DNA of 64,000 nucleotides from Narcine bancroftii (taxonomy: Eukaryota), in assembly GCF_036971445.1 (NCBI RefSeq), contig NC_091469.1, forward strand, positions 377,084,001 through 377,148,000, read 5' to 3'. Below the pieces are notes generated by a model. It had not been told where the DNA came from. It was given only the letters and a program-made list of their open reading frames with translations, and did not search any database. The position numbers and the translations under genes are program-made. This document shows, piece after piece, positions 51,109-63,451 of the stretch (position 1 is its first letter; every line of letters starts with the position of its first letter).

Positions 51109-52695
51109 GGCTTTGTCTCACTTTTGTTGCCAAACAGAACGAAATAGCGAAAGCAAATAACGAAAGATCCACCTCCCTACCCGCGTTTTCTCAGCGCGGG
51201 GCGTGGATTGCAACGCAGTCATCCGGCAAACATCTCCACGCAGGACAGCATTCCTCTCCGTTCCACATTTCTTCAACTACATTTCTCCCACGCAAGGTAT
51301 TAATTTTCCAACCAGATAGGAAGCCACACGCCCCGAGAAGCGTGCAATCTCCAAAAGCGTTCCCCAAGCCCGTGCTCCAATCTATCCGAGATTACAGCAC
51401 ATCTAGTGACGCAGCGGCACGGGTGGAGTTTGCATGTGGTTCGTGGTGGGTTAACCCACCGTGGGTAGGGGAAGTCTCATGGCTCCAAACTTCACACATT
51501 GGTCACAGAAAATTGCAATTCCTCACACTTGACCTGATTTGTGTTACATTTAAGAGTATCAAGAAGTCCAAAGGAAGCACGAGGTAAATGGTCTTGAATA
51601 ATAATGACAAATTTGCAGACATTTATTCTGCAAATATTTAAAAGCACAGACCAGTTTGAGACCCAGAAACACTTTGAGATCTTGGGTTTTACTTCACATT
51701 TGTATCTAAAGATGTGGAATGTAAATTGAAGGGTGTCAAATATTTAGGTGCAAATTCCCATACATCTAAAAGAACACACCTATTAACTACAATTTCCTAG
51801 AACGTCTAAGAATATCCCTAGCCAGGAGCACTGAATGATGATGAAAATAGATAGGACAGGTAGAGGAAACATTCCTGTATAGAGGTGTCTGTAGCTTTGG
51901 GTAAGAGGTAAGAACTTTTCACCCATCAATGGTCAGGATAGTGGGTTGAAAGGGCATTTTCTGGGCTGTACAACTTTGTGACTATGAATCTGCATAAGCT
52001 GCTCAATTAGAGTCATAGAGTCTTGCAACATGGAAACACAGGCCCTACTTGTCCATGCCATCCAAAGCACCCTCCTGCTATAGTGCCGCTTGCCCACATT
52101 AGACCAATACCCTCCGCTATTAGTTGTTTAATGACGTGGACGTCACCGGCAATGATAGCCTCTCTTGCTCATCTCTGAGAAACAGAAAATGCAGATGCTC
52201 AAGCAAACAATGTGTTGAAGGGAGGACTCAGAAAGTCAGGCAACATCCATAGGTAGAACATTTTTGGACCCTTCATTGAGACTAAATTAGGAAGGAGTGA
52301 TATCAATGATACCAAGCAGAAAAAAGGAAAGGGGAAGAAGCTGGAGTTGGGCTAAGTGGTGATGGGTATTGGACAGAAGGTGGGGATGGTGGAGTGACAG
52401 GTAGAGGGGAGAGACCATGATAGTTTTGGGGGGTGGGATGAAGTGAGAGCAAATAGTAAGATTGGAAGTAGATAAAGAAGAGATGGAAACAGTGGAACCA
52501 GATAGAGGTGGGGATTACTATAGGAAGACTGTTCAGGATGAATAACACATCATATTCCTCATTGGAGGCAGGTGATTGATAGGTACCAGAGAGACAGAAA
52601 GAGGCATGGGACAAGAGGAGCAGGCAGAATCCTGGCTGATCTCATGATTCTCCTGCATCTAATATTTTCTGCTGTTTCTTGTGGAATGAATTAAT

Positions 52696-53062
52696 CACTG
52701 GCCACCGTGACAGAGGTGCACCAAAGAAGAGGTACAAGGACTGCCTAAAGAAAGCTCTTGGTGCCTGCCACATTGACCACCGCCAGTGGGCTGATATCGC
52801 CTCAAACCGTGCATCTTGGTGCCTCACAGTTCGGCGGGAAGCAACATCCTTTGAAGAAGACCACAGAGCCCACCTCACTGACAAAAGACAAAGGAGGAAA
52901 AACCCAACACCCAACCCCAACCAACCAATTTTCCCTTGCAACCGCTGCAACTGTGTCTGCCTGTCCCGCATCGGACTTGTCAGCCACAAACGAGCCTGCA
53001 GCTGACGTGGACATTACCCCTCCATAAATCTTCGTCTGCGAAGCCAAGCCAAAGAAAGAAGA
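52696..53062 (+). mobile_element. RTE-clade LINE copy 4 (short 3' fragment)
   Basis: TGHRDRGAPKKRYKDCLKK..FPCNRCNCVCLSRIGLVSHKRACS, plus 3' hairpin and tail. Confidence 0.93.
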
Positions 53063-54323
53063 TACTGTTGAAGATTTCTGGAGAAGTTTGACCCACTTTG
53101 CATTTCTGTCTGAACATGACTGCCTTTGACATTCATACTTGGGTCCACGTTGTTGAGGATCGTGAAGTATCTAATGCAAAAAAAAGGAAAAGGTTGTCTC
53201 CAAAATAGATTCTTAAAATCCCTGTGCAAAAATAATGGATAAATAAATTAAAACTTTGTATTTTAAATTAAAAAAATGTTTGCATGTTGATTATTTCCTT
53301 GGCTCTGACTTGTTTACACCACTATTTTGGTAGGGAATATTGTTACAAATATCCCAACTGCTTTTATATCAGTACAAGAAGGCTTGCTGAGGGAATGGGC
53401 AATACTTAGCGTAGATATTCCCATTTAAGTAAATATAGTGCAAGTGTGTCTGAGATGAACCCATTGCTGAATCCCCATTTCAGCCATTGTTCAGGATCGG
53501 AGGCCATATTCACATCAGTAGGGATACTTCAGCTTAATGTTTTCATTGATTTATAAACTATTCATTGTGTTTTAAGCTTTATTATGTTTAATTTTTTATT
53601 TTAAAAAATAATATTAATTATTGAAAGATTTGCAGCCATTGTAGCATGAAGTAAAACTGTTTGATCTAAAGCAAAGATCAGTTTCTCATTAAAGGTTGGC
53701 AGGTGGATTCTCAGCAGTGTCGACCTGAAGCCTTCACCTCACTGAGAGCTTGCTGAGCCTTTCCAGCTGACTCTCGGGTTCAGAGGTTAAGTTAACTTAA
53801 CCCCATGCATCGAGCCCAAGTAAGTACAGGTGAGGCAAAAACTTGATACATCGCATAAGCAATTAATTGCCAGTTACCCTCCCAATTCATAAGTTAAACT
53901 ATGCCCCCTAAATCTTTTGTGTGAGGAATGAGGGCTTAAACCAGCAAGCTGCATTGGAGAACAATATTGATGCTCACATAATGAAAAGCCTTAAGATTTT
54001 TACCTCTTCTAATGCACTCAATTTTGTTTGGACCATTGATCATTTTGGAAACTAATGACCCAGAAACTGACATCAGTGATGAAGGAATGGTGCTTCCTGC
54101 TGACTTCAGTCTGTTTGATCCAAAAATAGAGCAATCTTTGTGGTTAGAGTTTTTTTTCATATGACACCCTGCTGCTATCAGTTGTCAGTTCTTTAACATG
54201 ACTGGCAAAAAAAAAACATTCATATTGAACATGCATTGGATGTGAGAAAGCAGTTTTGATTATTTTTTTAATTGTAGAATCCTAAATAAAGTTAGGAACA
54301 AACAGATTTGATGAAGGTGGTAT

Positions 54324-56195
54324 TGTAGCGGCAGCTACACTGCTCCTGCAATAACACACACAATCAGACGGGTTGAGCTCAGTGAGTAGACTCGTTTATT
54401 GCAGGCTGCTGGGCTGCACTTATACTCCTAGCCCGGACCTGGCTGAGAACCGCGCTAGGTTTCTGAGCCCCGAGTTGGAAGGAAGGGAAACCTCCGATGG
54501 CAACATTTTGGCCAGCTGCCCCGCCACGTGGCTTACAAGCGGGGCCGGTTCACTTGCCTTGTGGTGAGCCGCCACACAGCCCCCCCCCCCCAAAACCAGC
54601 GCCAATGTCCTTTTTTGCCAGGCAACCTCGCTCCTTAGGCTGGGCAATGACCACGGGCTCGGTGGGATTGAGGTGCGCTGGCTTCAGCCTGTCCATGGTA
54701 AACAGCTCATGCCTGCTGCCCAAGTCCAGTGTGAACGTCGAGTCGGAACACTGTATAACCCTATATGGCCCCTCCTATGGTCGCTGCAGAGGTGTCACGG
54801 TTGGGCCCCGCTGAACAAAAACGAACTCCATGGAAAGAACTCGCCAGAAATGTGAGACAGGCGGGTGCCATGCCTGGGTGGCGGTAGGGGTTTGAAGGTG
54901 TCCAAGCATGCCCTGAGGTGAGGAAGTAGTTTGTGCGGCGACCACTGGGGATTGTGAGGTGTGTTGACGAACTCATCAGGTAGTGCAAACGGCACACCAT
55001 AGACCAGCCCAGCTGATGACGCCTACAGATCTTCCTTGGGAGTGGAGCAGATGCCCAAGGCAGTTCATCCGTCTGGTCGGGACCGGTCAGGCGGGCCATG
55101 AGCGTCGAATTAAGGTGGTGGTGCAGATGTTTGACCAGTCCATTGGCCTGCGGGTGATAGGGCATGGTGGTGTAGCTGTATCCCCAACCTGTTGGCGAGT
55201 TGAGCCCAGAGGGCAGATGTGAACTGGGCACCCTGATCGCTGGTGAGGTGAGCCGGGACGCTGAACCAGGCGACCCAACCATGCAACAGGGCTCGGGAGC
55301 AGGAGTCGGTGGAGGCGTCTGGCATCGGGATCGCCTTGGGCAAGTGAGTGGTATGATCCACCACCATAAACAGGTAATGGTTGCCCCGGAAAATGGGTAA
55401 GGGGCCGATGATGTCCACTTGAATGTGGCTGGACCGTTCACGGATGTGCTCGAACTCCTGTATGTGCGCCCTGGTGTGCCTGTGCACCTTGGACATCTGG
55501 CAATGGGTGCATGTTCTGGCCTAGCCCACGATCTGCTTCTGCAGCCCATGCTATATGAACCGTTCTGCCACCATCCGGACCGTGGACCTGATGGACGGAT
55601 GTGAAAGGTCGTGGATGTGACGGAAGACCTGCCTGCGCCACTGCTGCGGAACCACTGGCCGTGGGGTGCCCAAGGAGATATTGCACAGGATGGTACCTTC
55701 GTCGCTCGGAGTCAGGAGGTCTCGGAACCACAGGCCCATGATGGCGGTCTTGAAGGCCCTCGTCTCCTCATCAGCTTCCTGGTCCCAAGCGAGATGGTCG
55801 AAGTCGAGGCCGGGCATCAGCACGCAGATGGCCGGTCGCGAGAGTGCATCAGCAACCACATTGTCCTTCCCCGCCTTATGCCGAATGTCGGTGGTAAACT
55901 CCGACACAAAGGAGAGGTGATGCTGCTGGCAGGCCAACCAGGGATTTTTTGCCATCGTGAGTGCCTGGGTGAGGGGTTTGTGGTCGGTGAAGATGGTAAA
56001 AGTCCTCCCCTCCAAAAAAGAGCGGAAATGCTGCACCACCAGGTACATGCCCAGTAACTCGCAGTCGAAGGCACTATACTTGCGTTCTGGCGGGCAGAGC
56101 AGGCGGCTGAAGAATGCCAGTGGCTTCCAATGCCCATTCACCTGCTGCTCCAGGATGGCACCGACAGCTGTGGCAGAGGCATCGACAGAGAGTGC
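54324..56195 (-). mobile_element. Truncated Ty3/Gypsy LTR retrotransposon (RNase H, integrase, PPT, 3' LTR)
   Basis: RNase H: DAS.TAVGAIL..WKPLAFFSRLL..ERKYSAFDCELL..FTDHKPL..GKDNVVADALSR. Integrase: HDLSHPSIRST, HIQVDIIGPLP, TSDQGAQFTS, YHPQANGLV (frameshifted). G-rich PPT at 54579-54591; LTR 54324-54576 with TGTAGCGGC...GCCGCCACA inverted termini and AATAAA. Confidence 0.92.
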
Positions 56196-57079
56196 TGACC
56201 AGTACTGAGGCGGTGATGGTGTTGAAATCTGAGCTATAATCGATGAAAACCAGCCTGATGTAGGTATTGCTGTTGTCCAGGTGATCCAGGGCTCAGTGGA
56301 GCGCCAGCTTAGATTAATTATCCAATTATATGTCCTATTTCAAATTATAAGCTTTTTTAATTAAAGCTGCTTAAAATGTTCATAGCAGATTCACATCCAA
56401 AATCAATGGAAAATTAATGATGCATGTTATTTCTAATCGTGTTGTTCTTATCTTGTGCTCTATACACATACAGTGATGCTCAAACCCATGGTGCATGTAA
56501 AAATCATATAGCTTTTATTGCAATCACACAGGAAAAATTCACAAAACTACAACTTGTAATTCTCATTTTTCTTTAGATATAAGGTGGCTCACAGGCTGAG
56601 AAGTTTGGAAGATAATTCAGACAGATGACCCAGTGATATAGCCTAAATAGGAAAAGGGGTGGGGTGGTTTGGGGAGGTTCTTTCTGAACTAGAGCTTCAG
56701 CAGCTGAAGGGACACAAGTAAATGCTGAGCAATTGAAATTGGGGGACATGCAAGGTTAGAAATGGAGGATTTCGGTGCCAGAGGAATTAAAGTAAGTGGG
56801 TAGGAGTTAGACAATGGAAACAAGGAGGAGATCTTTAAGGTGGAAATACTCCTGATTCAGAGCTTCTGTGTGTCTGTGAGCATCCTAGTGAATGGAACTT
56901 GCTGCAAGAGAGAACACGAGCAAGAGGACTTTCATGGAGACTATGTGGAGATGTGACGAGAGACCTGCCAGGTTTGTGATGGGAATGAGTTCAAAGGTAT
57001 CAAAGGTTTGAATGATGGTTCCAGCAGCAGATCAGCTGAAGCAGAAGATCAATGGAAGAAATAGGCACTCTTGGTCAAT

Positions 57080-58620
57080 GAATTAAATTTGTTATTGTCA
57101 TATTATAAAAACACAGTTAAAAACTGTGTTTTGCATGCTATCTAGGCAAGTCAACCCAGGTAATGAGATAATAAAACAAAAGTGCAGAATATAGGGTTAA
57201 GCTAAGTCAAAAATGCAGGGCATAGTATGATAAAGGTGAAGCTCAGGAAACTGAGAAGAGTACTGATATAAAGGGCAAAAGCATCAACTTTTGTTAGTGT
57301 GAGGTCCATTGAAGAGTCTGATAGTAGCGGGAAAGAAATGGTCCTTGAATATGGGCATTTGTGCTTTCAAGCCCATGTATCTTCTGTCTGATGTGTGTGG
57401 CAGAAAGGAACATGAATGTGGTAGGGTGTAGCTTTTAATAATTTGACAGCTTTCCTGAGAGAGCAGGAGAACAATGGAAAGGACGTTACATTTGTGTGAT
57501 GACCTGAGTTACGTTCACTAACTCTCAGCAGTTTATTGCTGTCTTGGGTGGAGCAGTTGATTCCTGAATTAAGCTGTAGTGCATTTGGCCTGGGTATCAT
57601 AAATGGCCAGACCTGAAGCCAGGGCTACAGAATCGCTGAGGTTGAATTTAAAAAAAAGGCAGATTTGCTGTATACATTTTAAATGTCCCTATTTTACCAG
57701 CTTCCGCCACCCCCACCCCCACCCCCGGCAATCCATTCCAGGCACTGACTATGTGTAAAAAAATGTACCTCTGATGTCTCCCCTAAACATTTCCTCCCCT
57801 CACCTTATACAGATGTCCTCTGGGGTTTGCTACTATTGATCCAGGAAAAGGTGCTGACTTACCATCTTCACAATGCCTCTCTTAATCTTGTAGACCTCTA
57901 TTAAGGCCTTCTTTGCTCCAAAGAGAAAAGCCATAGCTTTGCTAACTTTGCCTCAAAAGACACCTTCTCTAATCCAGGCAATATTCTGGTAAATCTCCTC
58001 TGCATTAATGCCTCTATTTTCTTAACAAACTTGTCCCTCAACAACTTCTACAGGCATGTGGATGCAAGAAAAATAGAGGGTTATGGGTGTGAGGTAGAGA
58101 ATGTTTAGGTTGTCAGTAGGTTTATTGTGGTTGACACAACATTATGGCTGAAGGGCTTGTACTGTGGTGTAATGTTCTATGTTCTATATTCTGACAAATG
58201 CTGCTCCAAGGACAGGTCGTTGGAGATATTTATTCATAAGAACTTTTTCTTCTTCAATCCCATTGATCTGAACAAGGGTCTGGTATCTAGCCATTTTCAC
58301 AAAGTCTATGATCACCTCCTTCATCACCTGGCATTCAAAGAAAAGTTGTTCATTGACACCATTTCACTGAGCCTTCATCAGCTTTCCTGTATTCCATTTC
58401 ATTATTATGGCCTTCTAGCGTGATGCTGTCAGCAAATTTGAAGATGGAGTTGGAATGGTGTTAGGCTGTACACTTGTAGAGGTAGTATAGTAGAGAAGTC
58501 TGTACACATCCTTGAGGAGTGCCGGTGTTTAGTGTGATTGTGGATAAGATGTTGCTCATCTTCACTGACTGCAGTCTATTAAACAGAAGGTCAAGGATCC
58601 AGTTTCAGAATGGTGGTGAT
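57080..58620 (-). mobile_element. Rex1/Babar LINE fragments interrupted by CR1 fragments (about 57680-58190)
   Basis: Rex-like 3' and RT segments; 57700-58000 resembles the CR1 3' region at 27390-27680. Confidence 0.55.
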
Positions 58621-59539
58621 TGAAGATTATATGACTGTGAACAATGTCTCAGAGAACTCCTGTTCTGATGTTCTGGAACTTCAACATAATGTCAAAGATG
58701 ATTTTTCCCACTTTGCATTAGTCTTAAAATTTTATAGGTCTTAAGTATCATGTACTGGTTGTTACACAATTTCAACAGGGCAATGTATAAACTAGAACAG
58801 CATGCAAACAGCACAGATAGTTACCAAATTAATTGAATTGAATACTCTCAAACTCAACAGCAGATTTCAAGATACTACCATTAATTTTGCTTTGAGAAAG
58901 GCTGAAATATTATTCTACACTGCTTAGAAAACCTAGTGATAGCTTTTATTGTGCATATGTGAATTTCAGCCCAAGGGCTGTGCAACCAACTTTGCAAAGC
59001 ATTAGTGGCTGGGATTCATTTTTACCGAAGATACTCAGAAAGTCACTTAAGGATGTCTGATTCATTCAGTTTGCATTTGTTGAAAATGTACATAGTCTAA
59101 GAGGTCATTTTAAAGAGCACTGATGAGAAAAGAACTGTGATCAATTTTTGGACTGATTCAATATCTTGCGGCTCAGAAGAGATTTTAAAGAAAATCCATG
59201 AAATATAAATAGCAAGCAGACAAAAAAGATTGAAATGCAGTTAAATAAATGCTCATCTTGGGGGTAGCATTTATTTAGTTGTCTATATGGTAACTGATTT
59301 TTCTTATATAATTTTAAAACATGCTTAAAGCCTTTTAATCAGTACAATATGGCATTATTTACCTGATTCTCTTATATTGAAATTAGCTGCCATTGGTTTC
59401 ACAAGACAAATCCATTTATTGTGAAAGATAATTTTATAGAACATAAATGGCATTGCTCCTTTCTGCAACTCCTTTATTTACAATCTGTTTTCATGTGCTT
59501 TGAACAATGCTGATCTTGGAGTTATAAGAAGCATTTCCC

Positions 59540-60450
59540 AGTGGGAACTGAACAAATAAGTAGTGTAAAGTCACTGGTTATAGCATTCTCTGGTTAGCAT
59601 CATGAACAAATTGAAAAAGTGCAGAGAAGATCAACAAGGTTGTCGCTGGGGACTTGAGGAACTGAGTTACAGGGAACGGTGAAACAGGTTGTCTTAATTC
59701 CCTGGAGCATAGAAAAATGAGATATACAAAATTATGAATGTATAGATAGAGTAAATACAAAGAGGCTTTTCCCACTGAGGTTAGGTGAGATATGGAAGAA
59801 TATAAAGGTGAGGGAGAACATTAGGGGGAACTTCATGCAGAGTCGGGCAGTTGTGGCTATCCCTCAAGGTCGAGGATGATGGACTTCATTCCATTTTCCA
59901 CAGAGCGAAGACGCCTATGCATATATTTGTTTAACGTGTACTTGATGTTGCACTCCAAGAAGCACATGATACTTCACATATTAACCAACTATTTCCAATG
60001 AGATGAAAACCACAATGATTAGAGCTGATGGATTTGTTGCAGACTTCATCCACCTTCACAGCCATTGAGTTTAAAGTAACTTTGTCTGCTTGTTCCACCA
60101 TTGAGATCTTGGTTGGATTGTTCTTTGTCAGGGACCTCACCCTCGACCTTACCGCTAGGTGGCCCTATCAGGAGCATAACTCCAGATGGCATCGCTTTCG
60201 GAATCTCAGGACCACACGAGTTTCTCCACCATGACAAGGTGACAATCCACGGAGAAGATGCAGAGAGTAGTGAAAGTGTGGATCGAGTTGCCAGCTGAAG
60301 TGGTAAATGTGGGCTCGATGTTGACATTTGATAAAAATTTAGTACATAGATGGGATTGGAGTATGGAGGACTTTGGTTAATGAGATGAGGAAGAATAATA
60401 GTTTGGCATGGCCTAGATGGGCCAAAGAGCCAGTTTCTGTGCTGTAGTAT
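59540..60450 (+). mobile_element. CR1 3' fragment hosting a 415-bp insertion
   Basis: GTGCAGAGAAGA..GAGGAACTGAGTTACAGGGAA..GGGGGAACTTC|..|AGAGTAGTG..ATGGGCCAAAGAGCCAGTTTCTGTGCTGTAG (CR1 3' end). Confidence 0.7.
59843..60257 (-). mobile_element. Non-autonomous RTE-derived short element (5'UTR-containing, bipartite-type) with 8-bp TSD
   Basis: TSD ATGCAGAG at 59835-59842 and 60258-60265. The minus-strand start GGATTGTCACCTTGTCATGGTGGAG...AGGGCCACC..CCCTGACAAAGAACAATCC resembles RTE/BovB-type 5'UTR domains. Confidence 0.7.
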
Positions 60451-60689
60451 TCTATTGATTTATAGCAACAAGATTCATGGGTTGATGTCTAACCCAAATT
60501 GAATTTTCAAGCATTATATAATGCAGCAAAGTTTTATTCCAATGATAACTTAACTCATCATCATCTTTTCTCATTATTGGTTCAAAATTATTTTTCTAGT
60601 ATTATATTATATTTTATTAACTGTTTTAGAAAGATTGCACTCTACAATTGTGAAGTTCTCAAATGGCTGTGTACCTTATCTCCTGTAAT

Positions 60690-61170
60690 GGATGTTGTAT
60701 TCCATAAATAAGAAGGCACACCAACACCTCTATTTTCTAAGGAATCTGAGGAGATCTGGCATGTTATGGAATGCTCCATCAAACTTTGACACTATGAAAA
60801 ATATATTGACTGATTGCATCACAGCCTGGTTTGGGAATTCAACCACCCAGGAACGCAGACAGCTTCAGAAAGCAGCAAATGTTGCCTGGCCCATCACAAG
60901 CCCTGAATTCCCATCCATTGAAAATATCAACGTGAAGTAATGCCTCAAGAAGACAGCACACATCATAAAGAGACCCTATAACTGTGGTCACAACCTGTTC
61001 TCTCTGCTACCTTTGGACAGAAGTTATAGAAGCCTGAAGAGCAGGAGCTCAAGGTTGAAGAACAGTAACCATCCAACATTTATCAGGGTCTGGAAGTGCC
61101 TGGTAAGCTGCAGAAAGTCAGAATTTTGATGTATATATGTATTGTGCTTGTATGTATAACAATAAATTCA
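60690..61170 (+). mobile_element. Rex1/Babar LINE 3' fragment
   Basis: KKAHQHLYFLRNLRRSGM..NILTDCITAWFGNSTTQERRQLQK. Confidence 0.75.
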
Positions 61171-61425
61171 TTATTATTATCATTTATAATCAATAGCAAA
61201 TAACAATGCTGCAGAAATTCAGCTATTTCACAGCTCCAGTAATCTCCAGAGGTATCTGTGTAGAGTTTATTGTCCCTGTGAATGATGTGGATTCCTCCAG
61301 ATCACCCTGATTTTCTTCTATTTTCCAAAGATATGCTGGTTGTAGTTTAAATAGACTACCATAAATTGCCCTAAGTGTATGTAGGCAGTGGGACCATCAA
61401 GTGGGTCTTACTGAGTGTATGAGTG

Positions 61426-62221
61426 TACCTACCTCGGCTGCACCATTTCATCTGATGCAAAGATCGACAACGAGATAGACAACAGACTCACCAAGGCAAA
61501 TAGCGCCTTTGGAAGACTACACAAAAGAGTCTGGAAAAACAACCACCTGAAGAAACACTCAAAGATCAGCGTGTACAGAGCCGTTGTCATATCCACGCTC
61601 CTGTTCGGCTCCAAATCATGGGTCCTCTACCGGCATCACCTACGACTTCTAGAACGCTTCCATCAGTGCTGTCTCCGCTCCATCCTCAACATTCATTGGA
61701 GTGACTTCATCACCAACATCGAAGTACTCAAGCTGGCAGAGTCCGCAAGCATCGAATCCACGCTGCTGAAGACCCAACTGCGCTGGGTGGGTCACGTCTC
61801 CAGAATGGAGGACCATCGCCTTCCATCGTGTTCTATGGTGAGCTCTCCACTGGCCATCGAGACAGAGGTGCACCAAAGAAGAAGTACGAGGACTGCTAAA
61901 AGAAATCTCTTGGTGCCTGCCACATTGACCACCGCCAGTGGGCTGATATCGCCTCCAACCATTCATCTTGGTGCCTCACAGTTCGGCGGGCAGCAACCTC
62001 CTTTGAAGAAGACCGCAGAGCCCACCTCACTGACAAAAGACAAAGGAGGAAAAACCCAACACCCAACCCCAACCAACCAATTTTCCCTTGCAACCGCTGC
62101 AACCGTGTCTGCCTGTCCCACATCGGACTTGTCAGTCACCAACGAGCCTGCAGCAGACGTGGACGTACCCCTCCATAAATCTTCGTCCGCGAAGTCAAGC
62201 CAAAGAAGAAGAAAGAAGAAG
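61426..62221 (+). mobile_element. RTE-clade LINE copy 5 (frameshifted), inserted next to a V-SINE remnant (61230-61400)
   Basis: TYLGCTISSDAKIDNEIDNRL..., a frameshift after HRLP, conserved 3' hairpin and (GAA)n tail. Confidence 0.93.
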
Positions 62222-63451
62222 GATAATAAGTTAAATGAAACAATGGAGTGATGCATCCTCTACGAGTGTGGCATTTACTATTGAAGTTGTTTTGGGGAAG
62301 TTTCACATCAGAAAAAAATTTTGAGCACTGGTGAAAATCCTATTGGAAAGCCAAGTTTGAATTCCCTGACCCAGATGGGGCACAGTATTAGTCTGTCTTA
62401 GGATAAGTTTATCTTCATCTGCACAGCAGCCTTTTTTTCCATTGTGTGAAGAAATTTCCTATCCCTAACTGAACTTGCCCTCTTAAAGAGGGTTGTAAAG
62501 TCTAGTGGGTTTATTGAGGTTTGGGGAGAAAGACCTATTTGTATTTTTTAATTGTCATTTTAATAAAAAAAGGATTGTTTTTAATCTTCCATTGTTGCAT
62601 GGGAATGCATAGAAAAATAAATAAATTTATTCAGTAACTTTAGACAACATCTAAGCTAAGTCTGTTCACAACCCATTATTGAATAGCCACAATGGAAAAT
62701 TGTGCAAATAAAAACTTGTTGTGCATTGATGGAATCTGTAAGTGTGCATCTGATACAAGAAGAGCTTCTACTATTAGGTAGTAATACAGTGGCCTTGATA
62801 ATCAGTTCCACTCCACCTTGAACAGTAACATCCTAATCCAGTTGAAAGAGCACCTAAAGTGTCAGCATGTAAATCATTTGTTGAGGTACCATACATGCAG
62901 ATGGTGAATTGTTGACCAAGGGAAACATTTACATCTCATGATTGTTTCTATTTAGGAATGAAAGCATGAAAGGACAACTGAATTCCTCCAAGACAAGTTA
63001 TTTCTAACTGGCTGCTGCTTCTACAAGCACCTGGCTCATGTTTATTCCCATATATTGCATCATATCTTTCTTGGTGTTCCTCTTGTAGTGCAGTGATGCA
63101 ACACATGCACATAGCAGGGAGGATTTCTGATCCCTGAGATCACTATCTGTATTCAAAAGAAGAATGCATGTTGAGTTTATAGAATCTCTTGCTTAAACAC
63201 TGGAACATGTGTTTCTACTTGAATATAGACAACTGTAACAAAATTTTAAAAACACAGGTATTGCTGCAAAGATCTCCAACATTGCCCTTCTTTTTTTCAC
63301 ATTATTTATTTCAATACAAAAATAATATAAAACACAAGTACACTATTGTAGTTGTAAGTATAGTATTTTTGTGTTTTCTGTTGTTAGTTTTTTTTTGCAA
63401 AGTATATGTGTATTTTTACATGTGTAAAAGAATAAGTTTAACAATTATGCT

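Noticed and set aside
50230-51147. Antisense and alternative-frame ORFs over the RGS9BP-like gene
   Set aside because: Shadow ORFs of a GC3-rich coding sequence with no independent signature.
51445-53802. Two perfect GTTAAC-centred palindromes (16 bp at 51445-51460; 18 bp at 53785-53802) upstream of the RGS9BP-like gene
   Set aside because: About one 16-bp palindrome is expected by chance in 64 kb; no other support without conservation data.
30230-62221. All five RTE copies on the plus strand
   Set aside because: Chance probability is about 1 in 16 for five copies, and antisense bias near genes is ordinary.
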